From an uncultured delta proteobacterium (lineage in GTDB: Bacteria; Desulfobacterota; RBG-13-43-22): a stretch of 64,000 nucleotides of DNA. Where the stretch lies: positions 384,001-448,000 of the forward strand of contig CAWJJC010000020.1 in NCBI GenBank assembly GCA_963843145.1. Direction: 5' to 3'. Shown here one piece after another: positions 51,130-61,090 of the stretch; position 1 is the first letter of the stretch; each line of letters begins with the position of its first letter. Below the pieces are notes generated by a model that was not told the origin of the DNA, ran no database searches, and worked only from the letters and a program-made list of their open reading frames with translations. Position numbers and translations under genes: made by a program.

Positions 51130-51180
51130 TCCCCTCGGACTCCCTCTCCCCCACGCGGGAGAGGGTTGGGGTGAGGGGGA
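51130..51180. repeat. REP-like palindrome
   Basis: CCCTCTCCC-CCACGC-GGGAGAGGG inside TCCCCTC...GAGGGGGA. Confidence 0.6.
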
Positions 51181-51196
51181 TAACCGTAGTTTCGTA

Positions 51197-51436
51197 TTAT
51201 CCTTTCCCTACCTCCCCCAAAACCTGCCGCAGGGCCTTGATACGCTTTTCATCCGAAGGGTGGGTCGAAAGGAAGGCCGGCGGCTGGGGACGGCTCCGGC
51301 CCAGGGCCATCATGTTGGTCCAGAAGGCGACCGCCTCCTCGGCCGGGTAGCCGGCCCGGGCCAGGTATTCCACGCCCAGACGGTCGGCCTCCAGTTCCTG
51401 TCGCCGCGAGTAGGGACGGATAATGCCCAATTCCAC
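51197..51436 (-). pseudogene. Peptidase M48 C-terminal fragment
   Basis: PYSRRQELEADRLG..AGY..FLSTHPS..RI; HExxH N-terminal part absent. Confidence 0.7.
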
Positions 51437-51787
51437 TTATTCATATTCCTTAGGTACGGCGCAGATCATGAGGAAGGGGTGATCGGCCGAGGTATTCCGA
51501 TATTGGTGTTTCTCTCCGGGCAAAACCAGGGCAAAATCCCCTTTTTTTACCGGGCTTTCCTTGCCGGCTTCGTTGACCAGGACGCCCTGGCCTTCGATGA
51601 TATAATTCAAGTGCTCGAAGGCATGGGCATGATAGGGGGTATGGCCTCCCGGTTCAATGGTAAATACCCGAAAAGAAAACGACGGCGTCCCGTCCGCCTT
51701 AGAGATAGGGAGTTGTTTATAGACATCTTTGGCCCCTTCCATGGCCATTTTCGACTTCGCAACTTGATCGAGCGATGTTGTTTTCAT
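51437..51787 (-). CDS. Cupin domain protein
   Basis: PGGHTPYHAHAFEHLNYIIEGQG, PGEKHQYRN. Confidence 0.9.
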   Translation of the reverse strand: MKTTSLDQVAKSKMAMEGAKDVYKQLPISKADGTPSFSFRVFTIEPGGHTPYHAHAFEHLNYIIEGQGVLVNEAGKESPVKKGDFALVLPGEKHQYRNTSADHPFLMICAVPKEYE

Positions 51788-51904
51788 GGTCGTTCCTCCG
51801 CATCTTATGGATTAATCAGTCTTTGGTTGAAAGTATAGAAAAAGGGAACCTGGGGGGTCAAGGAGAAAAATCTGTCCACACTGCTGTCGAAATTTGAAGG
51901 ACCG

Positions 51905-52081
51905 TTATGATAAAAGTTGTGGGGTCTTCCCAAAATAAGTCCTGGACGAACGTTCCCTGTTCAGATCAATGCCTTTTCTGGGCGGAACAATCTCCGTGAT
52001 CCGGTCGAGGATTTCTAAAGAGCGGCGCTGGGGCGGGCGCAGACTCAATCGACCGGAAATGGCGTTGACCTGGCGATTCAT
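51905..52081 (-). pseudogene. Type III R-M Res subunit N-terminal remnant
   Basis: Manual translation MNRQVNAISGRLSLRPPQRRSLEILDRITEIVPP (family recognised from memory); ATGA overlap with rhuM. Confidence 0.6.
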
Positions 52082-53139
52082 TGGTTCTTCCTTGTTTTCT
52101 CTTTGGACGGTCTCCCCGGCTTCAACTTCTCTATCTTCCTGATCGACTCCAAAAATGCTATTTCCACCGGACTTGTTTCTGACAGTTGTTTTAAGCGAAA
52201 CTGTTCATATTGTTTTTCGGCCATTTCAATAGCGGCTTCATGGCTGATCTTGCCCGCATGGGTGAGGATTTCCCGTTCACTGAGCCTTAAAAAATCGTCT
52301 AGTTTGGCGATCCAATCCCGCATGTGCATTGGTTTCCGGTTACGGGCCTGGAGTTCCGCAAATTCCAGATAGGCCGTCACAATCCGATTCAGGGCCTCCA
52401 GTTCTTCACCCTGCAAATAGTTCTTGGCCACACCGACATCGGATTTGCGGGGACGGCTGCTCTCCCAAGCGGTCAGGCCCATATAGGGCAACGCGGCATC
52501 GGCCCTTTGAGCAATGACCTCGGCAGCAGTTTGACCATGGGCGGCCCAGTGCATTTTGTTCTGCACGGTGGCAAAAAATTGTTGGGTCATCTCCGTCGCT
52601 GGGATCATAATCAATGCTGGTGGCATAAATGTCAAGCACCTTTCGCCAGAATACCTTTTCAGAGGACCGGATATCGCGGATACGTTCGAGCAGTTCTTCA
52701 AAATAGATTCCGCCGCCCGCCTGCTTCAGCCTGTCGTCATCCAGAGTAAATCCTTTGACTATGTATTCCCGCAGGCGTTCGGTCGCCCAAATCCGGAATT
52801 GGGTACCTCGTTGGGATTTAATCCGGTATCCCATTGCAATAATGACATCCAGGTTATAAAAGGAGACTGCCCGCGAGACCTTGCGGGACCCTTCCTGTCG
52901 AACTATTAAGGAATCCTGGATAGTTGCCTCCGGCAGCAGCTCTCCTTCGGCAAAAATATTGCGGAGATGCATCATTGATGTTAGGGACCGAGGTTTGGAA
53001 CAACTCGGCCATTTGGAGTTGTGTGCAACCAAACCGTATCCCCCTCAAAACGAACCTCAAGACGACTTTTTCCATCCTCGGTTTGGTAGAGGATCAACTC
53101 GGAGTTTTTTGAAGGGTCTTTAGGAATGTTTCTCTCCAT
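52078..53139 (-). CDS. rhuM: RhuM-family protein, multiply frameshifted
   Basis: LILYQTEDGK, TQLQMAELFQ, YNLDVIIAMGYRIKSQRGTQFRIWAT, IRDIRSSEKVF, VQNKMHWAAHGQTAAE, AKNYL. Confidence 0.88.
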
Positions 53140-53333
53140 TATTTCCCTCTTAAAGAAGTCGAACGCAGCGCGTTCGATTTTAGTCCACCCCGGCCAATCA
53201 ACCAGTAGGACACCACCTGGGCGGTTTTGACCGCCCGGGACACGTTAGCCCGGGCCGACTCCAAAATCTGTTGGATGCGTTCAAATAAAGATGCCTTTTT
53301 CTTCGTAGAGAGGATTGGTGGTCTCTCCTTCAC
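53139..53333 (-). pseudogene. DUF1016 N-terminal fragment with internal deletion
   Basis: QQILESARANVSRAVKTAQVVSYWLIGR, paralogous to 11785-12342. Confidence 0.8.
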
Positions 53334-53490
53334 GGTTCCACCTCCTCTCCGAAAAGGAGCAACTGCCCCGGTTTGGGCGGGCCTTTGGGCAGATTTTCCA
53401 CCCGCAGGCTGTAATCGTCATGTCCCCCTTCGCAGCAATTCAAGACGGCATTATACTGCTTATCAATTTATGCACCCCCGGAACGAACGT
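53330..53490 (-). pseudogene. Type III Mod C-terminal remnant, internally deleted paralog of 12339-12727 plus 14079-14104
   Basis: IDKQYNA joined to VLNCCEGGHDDYSLRVENLPK; DNA aligns to island 1. Confidence 0.75.
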
Positions 53491-53802
53491 CTTCTATTCC
53501 TGATCAGAATTCCTGGCTTCCCTGTGATTGCAACCATGATTGCTACTAAATTACAACCAACCCCAAATAAAAGTTGCAATTCCGATAGGCCGAATAATCT
53601 TTTAAATTAGGTAGGTTAAAAGCTAGCCATGGCTTTCGCAAAAAGGATTATTCCTTCCCCTTTAATAGTTGCAATCCGTCCGGGGTGTTTCCTTCCATCG
53701 CTTGGAAAATACCCCCAGGATAAGAGACAAATCAGGGGCCGTCTATTTATTGCTTTATTTCAGGTAGTTGTCTTCAACAGCGTTTCATGGCCACCCCCAA
53801 GC

Positions 53803-54507
53803 TTATAGATTGAATTCCCCAAGTCCATTCCTATAAGTTTCAAGGATACTGTCCTTCGGCAAGATTCCCTCGATCAGCCATTGGACCCATTCATCCAGAA
53901 GCAGCATCGCCTCCCCACTGAGGCAATGGGGAGTCCACTGGAAAGCCTGGTCGAAAAGGGGGAAAGGCTGGAGGTGGTCAAGACGAAGGATGGATTCCTC
54001 CGTGCGTCCCCCACCAGGGAGCTTGTCATAAATATATTGGGGGTATTCGCATCTCCGGATTCTTTTAACAAATTTCTCATTGAAACCGGCTCTTTTTCCA
54101 TCGGATCCGGCTCCGTAATAGGGGGCTACCAACATAGCCGGGAGCGATTGCGACTTGGGAGATCCTTTGATGATTGCCTTGGGGATTTCAGGGCCACCGG
54201 TGCTGACCACCAAGAGGGGCCGTTTTTTGGCCTTGTAGATGCTTAATGACTCGCCTTCGAAAATAGGCAGGGCAGCAACCGGCAGGTAGGGAAGTTTGGG
54301 ATATTGAACGGCCTTTAGAGGCTCAAGTCTATAATGCATCCGTTCATGGTCGGTTGGATCCGATCGGCCGATGGGGATGAGGACCATAGGAACCTGGGAA
54401 ACATGGGGGACGAACCCCCAAACCATTCGCCCTCTTCTAATCCCCGGCGTTTTGTCCTCCACCCACCAACTACTGACAAAGGCCTGGATGCTATCCTCAG
54501 GATACAT
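53803..54507 (-). CDS. Hypothetical protein, possible MazF/PemK-like toxin
   Basis: KKRPLLVVS, MLVAPYY, ESILRLDHLQP resemble the PemK pattern; overlaps a Panacea-like gene. Confidence 0.5.
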   Translation of the reverse strand: MYPEDSIQAFVSSWWVEDKTPGIRRGRMVWGFVPHVSQVPMVLIPIGRSDPTDHERMHYRLEPLKAVQYPKLPYLPVAALPIFEGESLSIYKAKKRPLLVVSTGGPEIPKAIIKGSPKSQSLPAMLVAPYYGAGSDGKRAGFNEKFVKRIRRCEYPQYIYDKLPGGGRTEESILRLDHLQPFPLFDQAFQWTPHCLSGEAMLLLDEWVQWLIEGILPKDSILETYRNGLGEFNL

Positions 54508-55297
54508 CGGGCACCGTACGGGCGGGGGATTTCCAAATAGTTTTCGAAAAAGTTATTTCTCCTTCCTGAGATTCAACCGGTTCCCCTGCCAGACTGTCCA
54601 GCCATCTCACCCCTTCAAAAAAGACTTCATCATATAGGGGAGCCCTTGACGGAATGGTTTGTTCCTTTTTCAACTTCTTTTCCGCTAGCTTGAGCTGGAT
54701 TTGCTCTTTAAGGGTCTTCATATCCGCCTTTCTTTTTTTTGTTGAAGTGGTTTGATAGAGTTCCACAACATCAGAGACACGGCCGACAACTTTGTGCTGG
54801 CCCCCCTCTTCGTAGGTTTCACCTTTAAAGGAAAGCGGCTCGCCGGGCGCAGCTCCCAGCATGGGCGGGGTGTGGTATACGTGATGGAGAAGACTGGTAG
54901 TGTCATCCCCGAACTTATGGATCAGTCCTTTCAAGGTAACGGCCAGTATGAAGGGAAGTTCCGGCTCAAGCTGGTTGAACAGGGACTCATCAACCAGGGA
55001 ATACCGGATTATATCCTCTTCCGTTTTCGACGACGGGATCTCTCTCACCCGGGCCTCGGCTTCGGTAATAACCGGCTCTATTCGGTTATAGACTTCCGAA
55101 GACCAGGGACCAAAATGGTGGAAACGCCAGGGGGCGCCGGTATAGGTTTCCCTTCCCTGTTTTTCAGCAAAAATCAAATCAGCCAGGTAAACGTATTTGA
55201 TCAGGTGAATAGGCCCTAACTCGCGGTGGCCGAAGTCTTCCTGCCCCGCGGCCGTCAAGATATATTTTAACAACAGGTCAACTCTTTTAATATCCAT
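54497..55297 (-). CDS. Panacea (DUF4065/SocA)-domain antitoxin-like protein
   Basis: HLIKYVYLAD..YTGAPWRFHHFGPWSSEVY..LLHHVYHTPPM. Confidence 0.7.
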   Translation of the reverse strand: MDIKRVDLLLKYILTAAGQEDFGHRELGPIHLIKYVYLADLIFAEKQGRETYTGAPWRFHHFGPWSSEVYNRIEPVITEAEARVREIPSSKTEEDIIRYSLVDESLFNQLEPELPFILAVTLKGLIHKFGDDTTSLLHHVYHTPPMLGAAPGEPLSFKGETYEEGGQHKVVGRVSDVVELYQTTSTKKRKADMKTLKEQIQLKLAEKKLKKEQTIPSRAPLYDEVFFEGVRWLDSLAGEPVESQEGEITFSKTIWKSPARTVPDVS

Positions 55298-55726
55298 TCT
55301 TCTATCGCTTTCCGGTATTTTGGACCAAATCTAATTCTGATTATTTGCCCAGGCTCCTCCTTTGTGCCCCTGATGTAACTCGCCGGCACCCGGTCGAATT
55401 CGTCGGAAAGGACCTTGGCTGGTTTGCTTCGACAGCAATCCATCCGCTCTAAACTTCCCTAAATACCGCCTTTGCCCCCCCAAAAAAGTCAATATAGGCC
55501 CCAACCAACACCCCTTTTTCAAACAATCTCAAAAGAATTCAATCAATTGTCATCTCCCGACCCTATTCTAAGAGCCCAAGTTCGCCTTCCAACCCCCTTT
55601 TCCGACTTATGATCATCCGCAACGATTGGCGAGGACACATCAGACTCGCCAACAAAAAGCTCGGCCAGAGGCAGGCGCCCTTTCCCGCCAATTGGTTGAA
55701 GCGTCGGGTAATGTCGATTTTATAGA

Positions 55727-56725
55727 TCAAATTGATACAAGTTCACTGCAATCCTCTAGACTACCCAAGCCAAGAAATTGATATTCCAGCGTATGGGCTG
55801 GACTAGGTGGTAGCCAGATTAACCGGACCTCTTTCTGATAGGAGTATCGAAAATGCTTGCACGAGAACAAGTCGATGCCTTTGTTCGGCGGATCAAGGGG
55901 ATCGTGGTATTTCACAGTTTCGAAGACCCCAATCCATCCTGGGTTGAGTCCTTCAAATGCCATCATGAGCTTTTCCACAAACGGTTTTGGTTCCTTGATT
56001 ATCAAACAAGCGTCGGCATCAAAATCCAGAAACAAGCGTGGAGCGAGAATGGATGAAAGGCAGTAGACGTAGTAATTAGTTCGTGATTCGTATTTGATCT
56101 TGAGATTCTCGGGGGTTATCCGTCCTTTCGGCTTCCCCGTCTTGCCATCAAATACCTCCAGTTTGAAATGTTCAGGGTTCGGCGTGAAACATAACCTGAG
56201 TTCGTCATCCTGGATGGAGGAATTTAGGGATGGATCAACATATGAACTTGCAGGGGAGATTCGGAACTTACCTTCTCTGTGCATCTGTTCTAGAAATGAA
56301 AGCTGTCCGTATTTGAAGAGGTATTTGCCTGGCTCAATTCTTAATTTCCTCACCATTTCACGGGCCTTAGTTGCGGTATCTAATCCTGGATCGGGAATGC
56401 GGATCTGATTAATTAGCCCACGAGGAAACCCTGCCGGGTAAGGGCCGAAGCGTATCACATATTCTTCAAGCAAGTGTGTAAATACCGTCATCCAATATTC
56501 TCCCTCTTGCTTAATCGGATGAAGGCCAAACTTCTTCGCTTCAGTCAGAACCAACTGGTTAAGAAAAATATCCTTCGCACGGTTCTCTAATTCCTGACCA
56601 GAAAGGTGTTCCATATATCTTCGTTCTCGATACTGCAAACGGATCATCTCATGTCTTTTCATGGTTTCCTTGGACATAACGCCAGGCATCACTGGTAGGC
56701 CCGCTATTTGGCCGATCCAGCGCAT
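55727..56725 (-). CDS. Hypothetical protein, DUF2971/ART-like motifs
   Basis: YLFKYG, YVYCLS, VKYHDP, KHFRYSYQKEVRLIW. Confidence 0.6.
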   Translation of the reverse strand: MRWIGQIAGLPVMPGVMSKETMKRHEMIRLQYRERRYMEHLSGQELENRAKDIFLNQLVLTEAKKFGLHPIKQEGEYWMTVFTHLLEEYVIRFGPYPAGFPRGLINQIRIPDPGLDTATKAREMVRKLRIEPGKYLFKYGQLSFLEQMHREGKFRISPASSYVDPSLNSSIQDDELRLCFTPNPEHFKLEVFDGKTGKPKGRITPENLKIKYESRTNYYVYCLSSILAPRLFLDFDADACLIIKEPKPFVEKLMMAFEGLNPGWIGVFETVKYHDPLDPPNKGIDLFSCKHFRYSYQKEVRLIWLPPSPAHTLEYQFLGLGSLEDCSELVSI

Positions 56726-56871
56726 GCCTTGACTATCATTTTTTTCTTTTGCTCGCTCTGATCAAGGACTGTTCTATCTGACAGCTTTTCAAATAAGCTG
56801 TCCCACACAGAACGGCGCCGGGATTTGGCCGACATCATTAGGTGCCATTTGGTGTTGGGAATTAGCATGGG

Positions 56872-58533
56872 TCAAGCCCCGGCTGTGAGTTCGGCGACCA
56901 CAGCATTCATGAGACTCGTTGCAGTCCCCCGGGCGACCGCAAGCTGCGCTTCCAATTGGTCAACTAAGGCCATCAACTGATCGACTTTGTTGACGATCCG
57001 GCGTTGTTCTTGTAGGGGCGGGAGCGGTAGGATGTAGTCTCGTTTGAGATGCGAAATGTAAATTGCCTGCTGAGCACTGAAACCTGAGGTGGTCCTTAAG
57101 TATTCATTACCGTGCTCTGAGTTCAGGTAGATATTCAGATAGGCCGGTAGCACGAAGTCATGGGGTTTGAAAAGAAGGACACTGCCCATAAGGCAGTAGC
57201 CGTCTCTGTCAGATATGATTGTTCGACCGATACCGCCACCACGGCTCACCACCAGAATGTCTCCAATCTCAGGCTTGCAACGGGACCAGCATTTTTTCGC
57301 CACTGATTCGGAGACATGTTTGAAGTCATCCCAAATTAGCTTCTTTGTTCCAACATGCTTTGCGGACAAAATCGGAACCCCGCTGGGTATGTATGTGGGG
57401 GTCAGATGTTCCCCGTCCGTGATAACGCGACACGCTTCTGCAAGAGGAATCCATCGCCACGAATCGGGAATGGCCCATGGAGCTTCGCTATTGTTGTCAC
57501 TCGAGTTTGGAGCTGGCGTTGATGAGCCGGTGCCGCTCACTCTCTTGTACCTGTCCGGGGGAATTGTTCCAATCTGCATCTCAACACCATCGTAAAGTTT
57601 TTCGAGAGCGAGCTTTCCTTGAATGGCAAGGGTGCGGATGGCCTTCCGGAGGTCGGCGGGCTCAATGGTAAAGGAGTCGTGGAAAAGGAAGTTGAGGTTG
57701 GCCGGGGTTGGCGCTTCGGCAAAGCGGGCCAGCGACGCGCGGGCGAGGGCGGCTTGTTGCGTGTCGCGTTCCTGCAACTGCGCCTCCAGCCGATCGCACA
57801 ACGCCATCAACTCATCCACCTTCGCCACGATCCGCTTTTGCTCGGCGAGGGGGGGGAGGGGAAGCGCAGCTCGCCGAGCGTCCTCCGTTCCAAGACGGGG
57901 TAGGTTCATCCCGTAACTCTTTGAGTTGGCATAAGCAAGGAACTCGGGACGTTTGAGTGCGTAGCGAAGGTACGAAGGGTTAACGAATCCAAAAGTTCGA
58001 ATGGGAACTATTTCGGTCGTACAATAACCAGGAGCATCGGCGACGAGGACCTTATTCAGATAGGGACGAAGTTTGCCATATAGGACGTCGTCTACGGCGA
58101 ATGCTGTCTTGGTGCTCTTTGACGGACTGTCACGAAATGCCTTTCGCTGAAGTAGCCGCGAGGTGTCCTTCTCGATGTCTTCAAGGTCTAGAAGCCATGC
58201 GTCGGAAGGAATGTCTGCAGACTCGATTTTGTCGGGTGAACCATACTGAGCCACGTTGCCTAGCCGCACCCACTGCCAGGTCGACGGGAGGTCCGGAAGC
58301 CCTTCAGTTTCCAGCGGCTCGACGGGTAAGCCACCCAACTCCCCATTATTTCGGAGGAGCTTGAAGTGTTTAGTAATTTGCTCGATTAAATTGGATGCAG
58401 GTTCATCCTCCTGTGATTGCTCCACTAACTTCCCATGAGTTGCAAGGTGTAGCCCAAATTCACGCAGCTTCGCTACTGCATTCGGTGCATCGGCAAACTG
58501 GTCGAACTTCTCTAAAAAGGTCTCCAGCTTCAA
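56872..58533 (-). CDS. hsdS: Type I R-M specificity subunit
   Basis: Two TRDs; LPSTWQWVRLG, LPPLAEQKRIVAKVDELMALCDRLE, PLPPLQEQRRIV; TTG 58533 overlaps the upstream stop. Confidence 0.95.
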   Translation of the reverse strand: MKLETFLEKFDQFADAPNAVAKLREFGLHLATHGKLVEQSQEDEPASNLIEQITKHFKLLRNNGELGGLPVEPLETEGLPDLPSTWQWVRLGNVAQYGSPDKIESADIPSDAWLLDLEDIEKDTSRLLQRKAFRDSPSKSTKTAFAVDDVLYGKLRPYLNKVLVADAPGYCTTEIVPIRTFGFVNPSYLRYALKRPEFLAYANSKSYGMNLPRLGTEDARRAALPLPPLAEQKRIVAKVDELMALCDRLEAQLQERDTQQAALARASLARFAEAPTPANLNFLFHDSFTIEPADLRKAIRTLAIQGKLALEKLYDGVEMQIGTIPPDRYKRVSGTGSSTPAPNSSDNNSEAPWAIPDSWRWIPLAEACRVITDGEHLTPTYIPSGVPILSAKHVGTKKLIWDDFKHVSESVAKKCWSRCKPEIGDILVVSRGGGIGRTIISDRDGYCLMGSVLLFKPHDFVLPAYLNIYLNSEHGNEYLRTTSGFSAQQAIYISHLKRDYILPLPPLQEQRRIVNKVDQLMALVDQLEAQLAVARGTATSLMNAVVAELTAGA

Positions 58534-59630
58534 GGTTTCGTCTCCTGCTCTCGCAGCCAATCAAGCAGTTTTTGACGGAGCATTTCCTTGGATGGAAGGT
58601 ATAGCTGGTATTCCCTGGCGTGGATATTGGCGTTGGGCGGTAAGGTGAGTTCGACGATGGCATCCTTTTTCCTTTTGCAGAGTAGTATGCCAATAGTGAG
58701 ATTCTCATCGGGGGTCTTTACGAAGCGATCGAAATAGTTCACGTACATCTGCATCTGACCAAGATCCTGATGATTCAGCTTGTCGAGTTTGAGGTCGATG
58801 AGCACATAGCAGCGTAACAGCCGGTTATAGAAGACGAGATCGACGAAGAAGTGGTCTTCGTCAAAGGTGAAACGCTTCTGGCGGGCTTCGAAGAGAAATC
58901 CCTTGCCGAGTTCGAGCAGAAAATGTTCAAGCCGGTCGATGATGGCGGTTTCGAGGTCGGACTCAGAATAACCCGACTTTTCGTCAAGGCCGAGGAACTC
59001 CAGAACATAGGGTTGTTTCAACATTTCCTGAGGGGTGCTTACGACCTGTCCTTCCTGGCAAAGCTTGCGAACGGCTTCCTTGTCGCGGCTGAGGGCCAGC
59101 CGCTCGTAAAGGCCGGAGGCAAGCTGGCGTTTGAGTTCCGGAAGAGACCATCCGGCCTGGGCAGCCTCGATTTCATAAAAACTGCGTTCGTCGGGATTCT
59201 TGATGGTTAGCAACAGGACATAGTGCGACCAACTAAGGACGAAAGGAGGTTTCTGGAAAGGCTCCGGCGAATTTCCGAGAAGGCTTCTCGGAAATTCGCC
59301 GATTCGGTTTTTCCAGACAAGATAGAACCGCCGCATGTTGGAAAGATTGTCCTCTGAAAATCCACGTCCGAACTCCTCCGTCAACCGTATGGAAAGTTCC
59401 TTCAACAGTTCTTTTCCATATGCGGCCCGCTTCGCCCCTTTCTGCTCATGCTCGACAATGCATCGACCGATCTCGAAATTGGTCAACACTTGCAGGGTGT
59501 TGACCGTTGTCGCGGCAGCGTGGCGCGCTGACCGGATAAGCCCGCGGACCTCGGTGATAAGCGGTGCAAGGTCGTTGCTCGAGGGCTTAGCAGGGGCTTT
59601 GCTCATGCCGTGGACCGTTGGCTTCTTCAT
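58530..59630 (-). CDS. DUF1016 (YhcG) PD-(D/E)XK nuclease-family protein, intact
   Basis: LSWSHY, PYVLEFLGL, FLLELGKGF, DLVFYNRLLRCYVLIDLK, GQMQMYVNY. Confidence 0.93.
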   Translation of the reverse strand: MKKPTVHGMSKAPAKPSSNDLAPLITEVRGLIRSARHAAATTVNTLQVLTNFEIGRCIVEHEQKGAKRAAYGKELLKELSIRLTEEFGRGFSEDNLSNMRRFYLVWKNRIGEFPRSLLGNSPEPFQKPPFVLSWSHYVLLLTIKNPDERSFYEIEAAQAGWSLPELKRQLASGLYERLALSRDKEAVRKLCQEGQVVSTPQEMLKQPYVLEFLGLDEKSGYSESDLETAIIDRLEHFLLELGKGFLFEARQKRFTFDEDHFFVDLVFYNRLLRCYVLIDLKLDKLNHQDLGQMQMYVNYFDRFVKTPDENLTIGILLCKRKKDAIVELTLPPNANIHAREYQLYLPSKEMLRQKLLDWLREQETKP

Positions 59631-61086
59631 CGTGACAAAGCCTCCTGCAATTGTGCCTTCAGTGCGGCGCGGGTCTCCGCGATCTGGGCGAGGAGCTTTT
59701 CGTATTCGGGCAGCAGGTGATCCACGTCGCCGGGGCCGTTGTCGGGGTTGTGCGGGTTCTTGAGGTCGAGGTTGTAGTTGCCGGCCTTGATCTGGTCGAT
59801 GGAGACGCGCCAGGCCTGCTCGTTTTCCACGCGGGCTGTAAGCCGTCTTTCCGCCCCACCAGCGCTTCTCGGCCTCGAACTCCTCGATGCGGATGGGCTT
59901 GCTCTTGTTGTAGCTCTTGGCGCCGGGCGGATAGGGGTGCTCGTAGTACCAGACGTCGGTGGTCGGCTGCGCCCTTGGTGAAGAAGAGCAGGTTGGTCCG
60001 GATGCCGGTGTAGGGGTTGAAGACGCCGTTGGGCAGGCGGACGATGGTGTGCAGGTTGCACTCGGTGAGCAGCGCTTCCTTGATGCGGGTCTTGACGCCT
60101 TCGCCGAAGAGCGTGCCGTCGGGCAGCACGAGCGCCGGCGCGGCCGCCGGGCTTGAGGAGCTTCATGAGCAGCACGAGGAACAGGTCGGCGGTCTCGCGG
60201 GTGCGGAACTCGGCGGGGAAGTTGGTCTCGATGCCGTCCTCCTCCATGCCGCCGAAGGGCGGGTTGGTGACGATGACGTCGACGCGCTCCTTCGGGCCCC
60301 AGTCGCGCAGCGGGCGGGCGAGGGTGTTGTCGTGGCGGACGTTGGAGGGCACGTCGATGCCGTGCAGCAGCATGTTGGTCATGCAGAGGAGGTGCGGCAG
60401 GTGCTTCTTCTCGATGCCGGCGAAGCAGTCCTGGATGCGTGCGCTCGTCGGCCTCGGTCTTGGCCTGCTTGCGCAGGTGCTCGATGGCGCAGGTGAGGAA
60501 GCCGCCGGTGCCGCAGGCGGGGTCGAGGATGGTCTCGCCGAGTGCGGGGATTGACCTGCTCGACGATGAACTGGGTGACGGCGCGCGGGGTGTAGAACTC
60601 GCCGGCGTTGCCGGCGCGACTGCAGGTCCTTGAGGATCTTCTCGTAGATGTCGCCGAACATGTGGCGGTCATCGGAGGCGTTGAAGTCGATGCCGTTGAT
60701 CTTGTTGATGACCTGGCGCATCAACGTGCCGTTCTTCATGTAGTTGTAGGCGTCCTCGAAGGTCATGCGGATGAGGCCGGCGATCTTGTCCGCCGCCGCC
60801 GGTGAGCGCCTTGAGCTTGGGCAGCAGCGTGTTGTTGACGAAGTCGAGCAGCGCGTCGCCGGTGATGCCTTCGTCGTCGGTGGCCCAGGTGCGACCAGCG
60901 GAGGTGCTTGGGCAGCGGCGACTTGTAGTCGTCGCGGAGGAGTTCCAGCTCCTTCTCGCGGTCGTCGAAGATCTTGAGGAAGAACATCCAGCCGAGCTGC
61001 TCGATGCGCTGCGCGTCGCCGTCGATGCCGGCGTCCTTGCGCATGATGTCCTGGATGGATTTGACGATGTTGGAGACGTTGGACAT
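59627..61086 (-). CDS. hsdM: Type I R-M methyltransferase, multiply frameshifted as assembled
   Basis: IQDIMRKDAGIDGDAQRIEQLGW, AGEFYTPR, DPACGTGGF, TNPPFGG, LPDGTLFGEG. Confidence 0.92.
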
Positions 61087-61090
61087 GGGT

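Noticed and set aside
50936-51838. 300-aa plus-strand ORF
   Set aside because: Antisense to the SEC-C, M48 fragment and cupin genes and crosses a REP-like repeat
53466-53480. GGTGCATAA resembling a dif XerC arm (also ~14080-14092)
   Set aside because: No XerD arm (TTATGTTAAAT-like) at 6-bp spacing
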